Assembly: GCA_965235115.1 (NCBI GenBank)
Contig: OZ249436.1
Coordinates: forward strand, 54,748,001-54,812,000
From: Laetmonice hystrix
Taxonomy: Eukaryota
Direction: 5' to 3'
Length of the DNA: 64,000 nucleotides
Shown: piece after piece, positions 36,101 through 49,552 of the stretch
Layout of the letters: each line of letters opens with the position of its first letter
How positions within the stretch are numbered: position 1 is the first letter of the stretch
The notes under the pieces: model-generated
The model's database searches: none
Seen by the model: only the letters and a program-made list of their open reading frames with translations
Told to the model about the DNA's origin: nothing
Position numbers and translations under genes: made by a program

Positions 36101-38297
36101 TTTCACTGCTATGTTAACTTTAGCGCTTAGGTCTCAAATTAAGTGTAAGCGACAAAAGCCTTTAACTTAAAGTATCCCTGTAGTTTTAGCCAATTTGGGG
36201 GGTATTCTCAGTTGTCTGGTAAACGTTAATAGTCACTGTTCCTTTTTAGAGAAAGAGAGAAACAAAAAACATTGAATGATGGCGGCCTTAGTCGGGCATT
36301 GCCTCAGTGCCTGTTGGCGCCATCTCAATGCAAAACTTGCAAATCGACGCCTATTGTAGAGGATGACGAATGCCTGACTTGGCTTTCCGACGCTTCGGTC
36401 TACCGTATTATCCTGTGTAAGTTCCCACGATTAATAATTCAAAGATCGTGTTCAGATAGTGAATGCGCCTCAGTGACGCCAGGTGGCACTGTAAGGGATT
36501 CGCCGCCTTTCCAAAGTCTGTTCCCATTTACGTTTAATTTCTCCACCGCCAAATGGTCCCGGCAAGTTCATGGTAATCCCGCATTGACTAGTAAAAATAG
36601 CAGCTCTCTCTCATAGACGGGGCTTCTGCTACATCGTATCAGTTATTCATGGAGGTTTGCTTCAACTACAAATCATTGCAGGATTTGTCATTGGAACTAT
36701 GACAGAGCAAACCTGCTTGTGCGCATGATGAAAAGTTCGGGCCAATGTATTGCGATGATGCGGCAGTATTGCATGCGAACAATATATTTTTCCATGGTCG
36801 GGGTCGCAGCCAGTCTCCAAGAGTATGGCGACACTGACTGGGCGTCGAACGACCAGCGGCCCGCAAGTAGCCGCCAGAGTATCTTCACTGATGGCAAACC
36901 CAAATATTATTACAAGATAACTTTCGATATAGCCGTTTGGAAGGCTAAACCGGTTCCTGATCTTCGCGGCGTTACAGAGAAGCGGTGTTTTAAGCGGCCT
37001 CCAAAAGACATAGACCTACGTAATTCGTCGCGGGAATGCAACAGCGCAAGCGTCGCCTGCCGTATGTCGTGCGTGTCATTTACGACACTATTAAGGTCGC
37101 GACCTTTTGCGGGTTCGAGGCGCAAAAATTTGATAAGATCATCAGAGCTGGGGCGTGGTTCTAATAATAGGCGCAGGCGCAACCCGATCGGCGGGCCGGG
37201 CGCCGCTGTGACGCCTCCAGTGGTTGTTTGACGCATAGTTTCTGATATCAACCTCAGACAAAGTCGACGTATCATTGTTTTACGGCGTTCGGTCTCGTTT
37301 GTGCAGCTAATTTTGGATGCTTATGGCCTGTTAGGGCAATCTGTCATGATCATCAGATCACTCTCCAGCTGTTGTTTTCAAAGTATCGTACTAGGGAAGG
37401 GACGTGCAGGATCCTTCGGGTTTGATTTATTATGTAGAATTACGATGTCCGAAGTGGCCCATCTATAACCCGCCATTCTTACATAGTCATGTAGATTTAT
37501 GTCAAAATTAAACGGATCTTTAATGGCCTGAGACATACAACTGACCAAAATAGTGACCAATGTTCAGACCCTTGAGATTAGCCATCTTGTCGGGCCCTGC
37601 ATAGGTTTAGAGTTGACTCGACATTAGCAGGGACGACAGACAACCGAGAATAATTGATTTAACAACTTAACTGTATTTTTAGTTCTAGGTCTAAGACATC
37701 ATATGGGTGGATTTACGAGAATATTTTGTAGGTATATTGGACAAGGTATAGGGGAAGACACTTTGACTGATGGGGAGAACCGAAATACCCGGGGGACCGC
37801 ATCTTGGGGCGGGGGCAGCTATAGAGTATAGTATCAATAATATCAATGAGGGTGCAAAATGAGACTAGAAGTTCCCAAGGTAGGCCGATGGTGAAAAAGA
37901 CGCTTTTATTATGTATTATATTCTGTATTTTCGTGCTTATACACAGTACCAGATGTAGTAATTTGCAGACACTTGTAACTGTCGGAAACAAAGCACGTTA
38001 GTCATTAAAATGATTTCAAGCATGCAATCGTCTGAGACCAGAAGATATGTCTATATATCGGCCGTTCTGAGTGGCCGGTTGAAGACCAAGCTCCAATATT
38101 TGCGCCTTATAGACACAGATGAGTGTGATTACAACTCTGCTGGCAATTTGTAATGACTAACGAGCAAAACGCTCTTCAGTGCTATCAATCATATAGAAGT
38201 AATGAACATGGATTCTGATATAGCAAATCGTTCACAGCCATAATCTCATCCCGCATTCATTATAGACTACTGAGTGTTCAGTGTTTGTTGATGTTTA

Positions 38298-38980
38298 GGC
38301 CCCCGTCACACATTCACGAGTTTCACTGCCGTCCTTGATAGAACCATTCCCGATTAAAATATGTCAAAAGTTGGATCAAGATCCTCTGATTCGTGGCTGG
38401 AAATTTGCAAAAACATTAATTTAATCGCAACAATAATCAGATATTGTTCAGGAAGTGTCCCGATTCAGCCGTTTCCAGCCGAATTCGTCCCGATTATCCC
38501 GTTCTCAATCCGATTCTGCGATCCGACAGAGATCAGACAGTGATCAGACAGTGACGGTTCGCATTCGGCAAGATCTGGAAGCAATCTGGACTCAATCGGC
38601 AAGAAATGGCAATTCTCCAGATCATGCCCGTTCCACAGGACACCGTCCAGACACCGTCCAGACAATACAGGACATTGTTACGATTTTGATCCGATACAGC
38701 GGAATCTGTCACGACATAGTCACGATTGTAATCCGACTAGACAAAATCGGCTGAGTTTCCCTAATGTTACGGGACGCACATGCCTGTCGGGAGTGCTTGG
38801 CCGACCTCTCCGGACCATTCCTGATCCGTAGGACTCTGTTACGAACGTATACGACTGCGTTCAGACAAGGATAGGACATTCCAGATCATTGAGGATAGTA
38901 ATTCGACTTTTTCACTTTTCGTGTCGTAGCGCTGTCTGATCTCAAACGGGAACCATAATCGGCACTGTGTGACCCCCGCA
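38298..38980. mobile_element. Probable PIF/Harbinger-like MITE
   Basis: Ends tta|ggcccccgtcacaca and tgtgtgacccccgca|taa; interior rich in ccga/tccg motifs; the TIR is imperfect. Confidence 0.5.
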
Positions 38981-39296
38981 TAAGATTTAACATTTAGACG
39001 TGCGGCGCCATACACCGCGATACTGGCATTACGTCTGACATCGAAGAGCCTTTTTTAAAGAAATGTAGAGAATTTAATACAACGGAGACTATATATCCAC
39101 ACCAAAAAGTTTCAAGTGAATATATGAACTGAAGTATATCTTGTGGCTCTCGTTGACTTTATCTGTAGCTTTTATGTCGATCACATCAAACACAGTTGAA
39201 GTTTAATTTTGTATCAGATAGAGTACCGATCGAACTGATAAGACATGGAAAGTAATGAAGTTTTGTTGTATTATATTTCACTTCTGAGACGTCCTT

Positions 39297-39668
39297 ACCG
39301 GCTGGATGGTATGGAATGGCGAGTAGCTGTTTAATGTGACGTCAGCCTCACCGGCTGGATGGTATAGAATGGCGAGTAGCTGTTTAATGTGAAGTCAGCC
39401 TCACCGGCTGGATGGTATGGAATGGTGGGAGTAGCTGTTTAATGTGACGTCAGCCTCACCGACTGGATGGTATGGAATGATGAGTAGCTGTTTAATGTGA
39501 CGTCAGCCTCACCGACTGGATGGTATGGAATGATGAGTAGCTGTTTAATGTGACGTCAGCCTCACCGACTGGATGGTATGGAATGATGAGTAGCTGTTTA
39601 ATGTGACGTCAGCCTCACCGGCTGGATGGTATGGAATGGTGGGAGTAGCTGTTTAATGTGAAGTCAGC
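39297..39668. repeat. 53-bp minisatellite, 7 copies, containing TGACGTCA
   Basis: Unit accggctggatggtatggaatggcgagtagctgtttaatgtgacgtcagcctc. Confidence 0.95.
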
Positions 39669-42600
39669 TGATGAAATCAAGGTTGTTTAGTGCTGCAGAT
39701 AACATGACTTGTGACGTGCTATGGGCGATAATAAGATAGTCAGACTGATTCAAATGGGATTCGAATGGTTAAGAGGCAACCGTTAAGGGAAGCCTTTGTA
39801 GCGGTTCGCCTGAGTATCTGGGACCGCCAGATAAATTGGGTTTCTGGTACCACATATCTATCTTCTTGAATAGGGGGAAAGCAAAGATCAAAATGTAACA
39901 ATAGTGTTTCAGTTGCATTAATTTATTCGGCCATTTGTACATCAAAATAATAGTGTTCCTGTTACCTGGCGTTTAAATGGCTGGCCCATAGTACTTCCGA
40001 TAGTTTTAGAGAACGCCGCCAGGTGCATTTTGGCCCTTTTTTGAAGTTCAGGATAATATATACCGTGTAGATTAGGTAATGAAAATATTGCAATAGTCGC
40101 ATCTCTCCTGAGTACGGCAGGTTCCTGCAGGTTAGAGGTCGGAATCGGGGTGCAAGTCGGGCCAGATTCCGCGAATCGATGCCGTATATATTCGGGAGAT
40201 GTTTCCCCGTAGAAGTTCCTCACCAAATCGTTGAGAGATAAGGTGGGGTTGAAGTAGGATGGGGGTGTGGGGGTGGGTTGAGGGGTAGATGCGTACCTGT
40301 GGCCGTTCGTCAGTCTTGCGCTATACATCGTGCCATGTGCGCCATCTCTTAACAGACGACCGCAGCCAGTGTTGACGCGTACCTGCTCACACATTCTCGC
40401 TCCCTGGCGAGATTTCGCGAGAGTGTGTATTTGTACAGCGCATACATGACTCGCAATGTTTGAATGTTTAGAAAGGAGTGCGCCAGCCAATCCATCCTGT
40501 TGAGGCCAGGGCTGTATCCGATTGCGATCACTATTTACTTTTGAAGTGGTTGTAACTGATTTTTTCTGACGTTGATGTCTCTTAGTCGTTTAATCTTCAA
40601 TCAGGGTGAACCTAAAGCCCGATGAGCACGTGCCCACTCCTGGCTGGTTGAAGACTTGCAGCTTGGCTAGAGTGGCGTACATTTATAGGCATATTAAGGC
40701 TTACGGATAGAAAACCAAAGACTTAGCATATACTACGTTTTGGATTTACTGTCTTTTCCGCAAGTCCGCAGCATACGAAATTGTTTTCGTTCAAAAACTG
40801 AATCGGCGCGGCCCAAGTTTTCGTTAGGTCTTTATTATTTTAACAAGTTCCATAACATTAGTTAAAAGATGGTTATTTTTTTGGGCTTGCAACAATTCCA
40901 ATGCGGCGCGTGCTTCTAGTTATGTAGTTATGGTAATTATGCTGGTTAGTCGTAAATCATCATTAGTCTCAGGTGGTACGCTGTAATGTATAGGACCTAC
41001 AGACGGACGGTCATCGTCTCAGTTTTGCCCGACACTTACATGAGCTACTGTACATGTCGATTAGAATTGACTATTAGCTTACCGACTGCTTGCAGCTATA
41101 TAGCGTGAATGCGTTACATGCCATTGGTTGATCTGAACCATCGGCCGATAGGTCAAGTTCAACGGTAGATCGGCCCATGGGTCGCCAAACATACAACACG
41201 TTGTTAGCTATTTGTAGGCCAGAGACAGATTGCATTGCTTCCAAAAGTATAGAGGCCTACCACTTGACACAACGGTTCATGCATATAGAAAGAGGGGGAA
41301 GGGGAGGTGGGAAGAAGTGATAACATGTAACAAAACATTAAAGCCATCCACCGACAGGTCAGACCAATCAGCCACAAGCCGGGAGCTCCTGGCATCAACC
41401 TATGGGTCACCAATCGACGCGACACGCGGGATGATCTATCGTTGGATATGACGATGGGTCAGATTTTCCGATTGCGTGTAACAAAATGCACACAACTCAA
41501 TTCAACTTTGGGCTCCCAGCCAACCATTTTTCAGAGCCGGAGTATGTATTACGTCAAGCGTCGAATCTGTACCTGACCTTGGCACCATTGGCCTGCGAGT
41601 TTTTTTTTTCTAAATGCGTGTTTTTTATCCAACACTTCCCTAGAATGTGGGACCTTCCGTCTATTTGCCTGTGAAGCTCGTTTGATCAACCATTTTATAT
41701 CGAAACGGACCGGAAGTGTTTGAAGTCCAGTCGGTAGATGCGATATAAGATTCTAGTCAGAATGCCCGATATATATATATCGTCCCTGACTATGGTAAAC
41801 GAGCGAACTCTAAGACTACATGCTGGATTACATTTTCTCTTTTTGGTACACTCTCGCATATATAAATCTAAATTCTGTTCAGTTCCTAAGACATGAACCA
41901 AAAAAGCATGTAAACTCTTGCCCAGACGTTGGGGGTTAAGTGCAAAATGGCCTGCTCTCTGTGGATGTAGAAAGTGATACATCTTTTGGGTGCGCCTTGA
42001 AATAAAAAACGTAAGTGCATGTGTATGTTTCCTGAGATCTGAGGGACAGGAGCGGGCAGTTCCCCTTTGCAATAAAGATAATCTATGCGAAGTATAACCT
42101 AGGAACATTATTTGAAAGTTATATAATTTGCCCGTGATCTTGCTCCTCATTGGTTGCTCGCCTATAGCTTCGGAGGAAGTTTCCTTCGAGAAGCCACTGT
42201 GACTGTGATAAATTCACCAACCATGTCATTGAGGACAACTTATGTTTGATAATTTTATTATATTCTTTCCCAATTTACAAAATAAACAAATCAATAACAT
42301 TGCACACCTCGTTATCATTAATTACAAGACTCGGGGGAACAATGAGGACATTTAACCTTCTGTGGCCGCTACATAATTTCCTTTTGATATCTCATGCTGA
42401 GAATTATTATTCAGGCATTTTCATGCTTCGACAAACTACCAACGGCTCGCTCTATTGCGATTCTGCTATAGGGACTGGAACATGGTGTTTTTCCCCGTCA
42501 GTCGGATCTAGATACTGCTGTCATCTTATCTGATCTGTCGGGGAACTCATATCGCTAGTATAGCATTGCCAATGAAAGCCCCGCCCAGCCTCCCCGGTCT

Positions 42601-44430
42601 GACGCCAGCAATAGGGTGACCCACTCATTTGCCGACTTGTCGCAGCGACCTTCTATCAAAGTTAAACAATTCTCAGCAGAGTTTGTGACCTTTTTGTCAA
42701 ATTGACTTCCCCTATAATGATGCATTGTTCAGTCTGCGGTGAAAACTACAGACGTGCGTACTGCGTTACCCTGGGTCTCAGATATATTGCGCCTATAGTA
42801 AAACCGAGCAGGCAGATCCGTTAGCTGTTGTGTCTGTTCCATCACTTTGATTCGACCTTTACTAGATGAGCATCTCTATGTTTACATTGTAGACACACGA
42901 ACCACGTATCAAGACAAACGTTCAAAAGACGTTTTCAACCACAGAATGTTACAATCGGACGTGGTGCCCGGGGGAGGGGGGGGGGTGTTAATGTAGGTAG
43001 TTCTGTGTTTACCTTACAAGTCTGATTCCATCAAACGAAAAAAAAGGCTTCCAATAGCAACATGTCTGATCAAACGCAAGTGGCTGGAACCTAGTCGCTT
43101 AGAAGCGTCGAATTTAAAATTTACCAACAGCTGTTTGGCCTAGCTATTGGATAAGTTGAACAGGGTCTTGGCTGAGATCAAAGGTGATCCACCACCACCC
43201 ACCACCACCCACCACCTCCCAACACACACACACGCCCAACCGTCTGCGCCCCATGTATAGAGCGCGTGTCAGGTACACCAAACCTTGGTTGTAATCCCTA
43301 AGAGACTGGTAGATTCAATCACCATACGTTTCTGAGGCACTAAATTACTGCGGAAAACACGCATAAAAACGGTGGCTTACTTGTCTTTCCAAACATAATC
43401 AATAACGACCCTGACTGTATTAATACATATTCATTTCAAGGAAGAAAGTGTCATATTTGAAAGGAAGAATCTACATAAACTTGCAATTTATTTTACAATC
43501 CATGTTCGTCACCATCTTAAGGACCTGTTAAGAACGACATACAGTCAAGTTTAGCAAAGGTGTTCATGAATACAGATGACCTATTTACATACTTTCCTTC
43601 TAGTGATACCTGACTACTCCTTCCCCCTAACAAACTCTCAATTGATTATATTATGCTATTTATATGACTGTACTCTACAAAATAGAACTAATGCCTGTGA
43701 ATATTCAGTCCTCCCTGGTATACGATGAAGTGTGGATAGGGAATAAGTTGGAAATGAAGGGCGTGTCGGAGACGGTGATGGGGACTGAGCAGCAGACAGT
43801 TCCAGGATATAATAGCCGACTGTACCGCGGTGGGCCCACCATCCTATTCGTCCCGACAATCCTTCATTGCACTGCGCTGGCTGCTGCCCTGGATGGGTCT
43901 CTCCCTAGAGGGCGTTGTGACATTTCCACGTAATGTGGCGATTCCCTGGAGGTGGCCGTCGGATCCGACCCTCACTGTGAGTGGCCCATGGAGCTCAGGT
44001 GGAGCGTCATTTAAAGGAGACATGGGGCCCATTGTTTGCTTCCATTTTAACAAGATAATCCTTATCAGGGAGTTTATGGGTGCTCGGTTCTCGCTCTTCA
44101 TTTAGCACCACATCGACTTCCCGAGAAACTTGAGCAGTCTGCTGAAGTGCAGACCCATAAAGATTAAACAAAAAATATTTATCTTCTTAAGACAAGGTCT
44201 TCATAATGTTTGCTAATTACAGCTTTGATCTTAATGAGGAAATGAAAACTTTGTAAATGATCTACTTGGTCCATTCGAAAATAGAGATTGCCACTTTAGT
44301 TCAGGGAAGGTTAAATAAACACTTGACTTATCTGGAGGATCTATGAAAGTGCTAACGTTAACAGATCTATGTATCAAAGACATCATATGGATTTGCATTT
44401 AGATTTCACAATGAAGATCTGTATCGGTAC

Positions 44431-44805
44431 CAGGCCCGTAGCCAGCCTTCCAGGTGGGGAGGGGGGGGGGGTCTGGACTTCGATGGGCGGAACAAGGTAT
44501 GGTTGGGCAGTCTAGGACAGGGCCGTAGCTAGAAATTTCTGAGTTGGGTGGGGGGCAGTCATGGGTGGATCCAGGAGAAGGCGAAGGCTCCAAGACATGA
44601 GCGGGGGGTCTGGGGGCCCTCCCCCAGAAAAAATTGGAAATTACAGGGCCAAATACGCGTTTTCATGGCATCTGGGAAATAAATCCAAGGTTTTCCAGAG
44701 CCTATCCAGCACTAAAGGGTGGAACAAAATCTTAGGGATGGGCAACTGGGGGGGGGGGGGTCGTCCGACCCCCCCCCGACCCCCCCCCCCCTGGCTACGG
44801 GCCTG
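44431..44805. mobile_element. Non-autonomous TIR element with perfect 5-bp TSD (hAT5-like), 375 bp
   Basis: Perfect 15-bp TIR caggcccgtagccag / ctggctacgggcctg; GGTAC at 44426-44430 and 44806-44810; internal poly-G/poly-C and a further terminus-like cagggccgtagctag (~44518). Confidence 0.88.
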
Positions 44806-45672
44806 GGTACACTATTACATCTCTGGGTGGGAGGGGCTGAATACAGGACTCAATGGAAAACAAAAAGATAAATAATATTAGGCTAATATCCTTTATACTT
44901 TACCAGGATGGGACGCTTGGCATAGTGGGGACGGGTCTTCCTGTATACTATTGTTTGTGTAGAGTGTAAACACCGGCTTGGTTTTACCACATAAACCTAG
45001 GCCTCCGTCAGAGATTTTCATTTGAAGCGACCATCACATCTGCCTTTAATTGGATATAGCGACGGGTGCGACCTGCGCTATGTCTTAGTTTACCATCCTG
45101 TTTTCGAGTCACACCCAAGTCAGGCAGGCTTGCCGGTACGTCACACTGTCTGAACCGGTCCCTCGACCCCTCCGGCCCACCCCCATCTGATCCAACCCCC
45201 AACCTCCCACCTCACTGCTCCCGGCTCTATACATCATCTTATCATCCCGTCATGTTCTTTGCCAAAGTGCATGAAGTAGACATAAACCGGAAGTGACGAT
45301 GCGCCTGGGCGTGCCTCAATTTGTTAATCGTTTAATGGACACGGCAGGAAATTCGCCGCGTTGTCTGTGTTTGCAATGTACTACACTCAGTAGTTATTAC
45401 TTTCAGTACAGATATTATGCGGTAAAACATCATGGAATGGCCCAGTTGACAGTTTAACATGAGGATGGAACCCGCCCTATAATGTACTTAGCGCCCGGGG
45501 GTTTGGGTGAGGAGGGGCGAGGAGGTTGGGTGTGAGGGTGGGAGTGAGGGTGGGGTCTAGACCATAAGAACCCTCGTAAAAATGACTCCTTGCCACATAA
45601 CAGATGCGACGAGCTGATACAACGACAGCGTTCCAAATGTTAGCGACAAAATACAACTTTACCTGTTTTATA

Positions 45673-46239
45673 CAGGGCGTCTCAGAAAAAAACGAAATAT
45701 TAAAATATCATCATTTTGTGAGAAAAGGATATTAACTAGATATCAGTTACGAAGTGTATCTGATAGGCCAAAACCTCCTCTTTCCAATGGCGTGTCAATC
45801 TCCTAAATCCAGTTACAGTTGACCGAATTACTATTGTTTCCTTCCACAACCCAAATGCAGCCTGGGACCAAGTTAATAGTTACGAAAATCAGTGCATGAG
45901 ATGCAATTGGAACAAGCGGTGAAGACGAAATCCGAATGTTAGATACTCAATTTTATTCATTTTGTCTGCACCAACCATGTCAAACCTTTCAAATGATGAA
46001 TAAAGTTGATTATCTTACATTGATTTCGTCTTCCCCGTTTGTTCCAATTGCATCTCATGCACTGATTTTCCTAGGCCTATTAACTTGGTCCAAGGCTGCA
46101 TAGGTTGGCCTACGAAAATCAGTGCATGCGATGCCATTGGAACAAACGGAGAATACAATTGGTAACTTATATCTAATTAGTATCATTTTCTCTCAAAATA
46201 ATGATATTTTAGGATTTCGTTTTTTTCTGAGGCGCCCTG
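45673..46239. mobile_element. Tc1/mariner-like MITE, 567 bp, TA TSD
   Basis: Ends TA|cagggcgtctcagaaaaaacgaaat and atttcgtttttttctgaggcgccctg|TA with a long imperfect TIR. There is also an internal ~75-bp inverted repeat (45856-45931 vs 46022-46101). Confidence 0.88.
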
Positions 46240-46479
46240 TATAACTGGCTACTGCATGGCGTAGCAATTCAAAATATATCGGCGATGTCTGCCGGTGTAT
46301 AACGTTGCTGTGGGAGCAACTGCGTCGCCCCACGACACCACCAACCCGCGGCTTGGCGCTGCTGTTAGAGGTTAGGTTTACAAGCATGTCTTTGAACGCT
46401 CTGCATGAGTTCCCAGACCCTGACAGCGAATTTCTTGGGGATTAAGCCAATACAAACATTTATATAAACACTTGATTTG

Positions 46480-46700
46480 GTTTGATATTTGTTCTCTTTT
46501 ACTTCTATATATCATTCTATAAGTACCTGTTAGAGGGAAGATATTACAGTGTTTGAGAGTAATTAGAGTGTGGTACACTGCCATATACCTCTATACCATG
46601 TCTGATGATAGAATAATAAAATAAATGGAGTAATGAAGTCAAGTTTATTGTATGAAGGTGTTCAGTGACGGGGGTACGATGTATTTCAAGTGATGAATAC
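46480..46700 (-). mobile_element. Degenerate LINE (L2/CR1-group) reverse-transcriptase C-terminal fragment
   Basis: Minus-strand LLHLFYYSIIRHGIEVYGS resembles the LxxLYYSLIxxxLxYGIEVWG motif of L2/CR1 ORF2. Confidence 0.45.
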
Positions 46701-48848
46701 ACTATACTTATATATAAGTAAGTTAATTCTGAGACCGATCGCAAAACAATTCCCAGATCAACTTAAAGCTGGAAACAGCTAGGTGGATCGAGTTTACACC
46801 GGGGTGTTACGTCGGGTTATATTCGGGTCAGTGGTCGTGACCGAGCTGTATGTGAACGCACTCAAACCCCTGGGTGAGTTACCAACACCTGCTCACAAAA
46901 TGAGTCTAAAATCAGGCCTATACTACTCGGAGGTGAGGGTGGAGAGGCACAGCCAGGATCCGTGGTCGTGGGAACGGACGGTTTCTGTCCATGTACAACT
47001 AGGGTTCGTTATGACTGACTACAAGCATCTATGTAACCTTCCTTCAATGTGGTGGTAGTTATAGTAGTCCGTAAATCTGGACATGAGGACACTGAGTAGG
47101 CAAACCTCGCTCCTAGAATGGATTTATCATGATTATAGCTGATTGTCGTAGTGACGTTGTCATTGAACGAAGTAATTATAACGACCATTAAAAGCAAACT
47201 TCAACAGTCCTCACTCTCTCTTCCAGAAAAAAGAGTTGTTAATTTAAAAAAAGTAGGTTTATATTTTAAAATTGTTTCACGCTTTTAGGGCTTCTTGAGT
47301 ATCCCATTGCATACATGTAAATTTGGTTAACGGGAACGTTTCTCGTTACAATCAGTGACTTGCTTCCGTTTCTGGAAGTACAAGGAAAGCACGGCCTCGT
47401 GACAAATGGGCCACCACCTTGGAGAGTAAACGAGAAAGCTTGTTTCCCGTCTATAGTGTTGAAGACTACAAGTTGGGACGCTCTTTCAAGCAATATCTAC
47501 ATCTTGTAACCGTTTTTCCGCGGAGGGACCGAGATACTAGCGGCGCATGCGTAGAGAGAGCTATCCTTCCGGCAGATATGGACAAACTTGGCGCCGTCCG
47601 TTCGATCTCCCGGCGTGCCCCGCGAGGATGATGAAGGGGGCGGCACCGTCGAGATGAGAGTAACTTTTGTGGGCATTGCTCGCTCAGTCGAGAACGGGGG
47701 CCGGGAGAGCCACCGCTACCGCGGCACACTGGCCTTCAAATCGTTAGATCTCTCTCGGGCCCCACCGCAGATCTATATACCTGCTGCGTACTGACCGGAG
47801 TTCATGCTTCACCCACGACATGCCTTGTGGCCTGAGCTGCCTGAGACGGGCGTCTATGAGATGTATCCAGGGGCCGGGTAGATAGAAGCGATCCGTGACT
47901 GGCAATGAGTCGAATCGGCCACAGCACTGCACGGTCCCCACCGGCGAACAGTAGGCGTCGTTAAGGTACGTTGACAGCCAGTTAGGCTCTGCACGCATCT
48001 TTTATACGCTCTTTTTGACATTCGGCATTCTGCCATTCTGAGCAAACGGTATTCCCTGGCATCACTGCATGTCAGTGATGTCTTGGCGTCTGCATTCTGT
48101 GTCATAATTTTATGCAACATTCAATAATGCACATATAGGTCTACATGGGTAGGGATTTTCTTCCAAACTTAGGCCTCGTTTGTAAATCTTTGGTTTACCA
48201 TAATGTATATTGTAATTTTGAGGACGCTGGCCCATGCCTCACAATACACATGTATGGGGACCATGCGTGTGTCACTTTCATATCAAGATACTTTTGGAGC
48301 TGAGGCAATTTTAATCAGATAGGAATCATTTCTTTTAAGTCTGCGGAATCACGGTCACCTCTGTCAGAATGAGCTTGTCCAGAGTTGGGATTTAAAGCAA
48401 GGATGTACGGGAGATGGATTGGTGCTGGGGTAGATCAATACTGCAAGGAGGTAGGGATTGGGGGGAAGGCGTCATTTGACATTAACGAGTCTTTGCGTCG
48501 ACCTGCTGAGGATGGTTGGTTGGTTGGCTGGCGGCCGGCGTTAAGTTGACGGCCGACCATAGTCCGGGCCCATCTCCGGGAGATACGGCCTTGGCCGGCC
48601 GGCGCCCCCGCCACAGCCTCCCGTACGCAATGCCAGATAGTATTCCCGGGTTTAGATTAGACCGACCACTGGTATATTTTAGATTTGGCATCTGGGTGTA
48701 CGGTGCGTCGTGTCTGGGAGCAGACAGGCTGGGGATTTGCGTGAGACCCCCCCCCCTCCTCATCCCCCAACCCTTCTCAACCCCCCCCCCCCCCAATCCG
48801 ACCCCCAGATTTGGCAGTCGGCCATCTCCGTACGACCGGCTGCCCGCA

Positions 48849-49552
48849 ACGTTCACCTCAGTAGTATACGTCAAAGTCTCCAGGTGGTGCGCTCCCTGAC
48901 AGACGTTCACCTCAGTAGTATACGTCACAGTCTCCAGGTGGTGCGCTCCCTGACAGACGTTCACCTCAGTAGTATACGTCAAAGTCTCCAGGTGGTGCGC
49001 TCCCTGACAGACGTTCACCTCAGTAGTATACGTCAAAGTCTCCAGGTGGTGCGCTCCCTGACAGACGTTCACCTCAGTAGTATACGTCAAAGTCTCCAGG
49101 TGGTGCGCTCCCTGACAGACGTTCATCTCAGTAGTATACGTCAAAGTCTCCAGGTGGTGCGCTCCCTGACAGACGTTCACCTCAGTAGTATACGTCAAAG
49201 TCTCCAGGTGGTGCGCTCCCTGACAGACGTTCACCTCAGTAGTATACGTCAAAGTCTCCAGGTGGTGCGCTCCCTGACAAACGTTCACCTCAGCAGTATA
49301 CGTCAAAGTCTCCAGGTGGTGCGCTCCCTGACAGACGTTCACCTCAGTAGTATACGTCAAAGTCTCCCGGTGGTGCGCTCCCTGACAGACGTTCACCTCA
49401 GTAGTATACGTCAAAGTCTCCAGGTGGTGCGCTCCCTGACAAACGTTCACCTCAGCAGTATACGTCAAAGTCTCCAGGTGGTGCGCTCCCTGACAAACGT
49501 TCACCTCAGCAGTATACGTCAAAGTCTCCAGGTGGTGCGCTCCCTGACAGAC
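48849..49552. repeat. 54-bp minisatellite, 13 copies
   Basis: Unit cgttcacctcagtagtatacgtcaaagtctccaggtggtgcgctccctgacaga, with near-identical copies. Confidence 0.97.

Noticed and set aside
36719..37275. Overlapping 170-aa (+) and 121-aa (-) ORFs
   Set aside because: No recognisable domain or splice structure; consistent with chance ORFs in GC-rich non-coding DNA.
39942..40490. 182-aa minus-strand ORF
   Set aside because: No recognisable homology, non-ATG start and no partner exons.
47480..48000. GC-rich, exon-like block
   Set aside because: The frames I read on both strands gave no recognisable protein or consistent splice sites; left as possible regulatory DNA.
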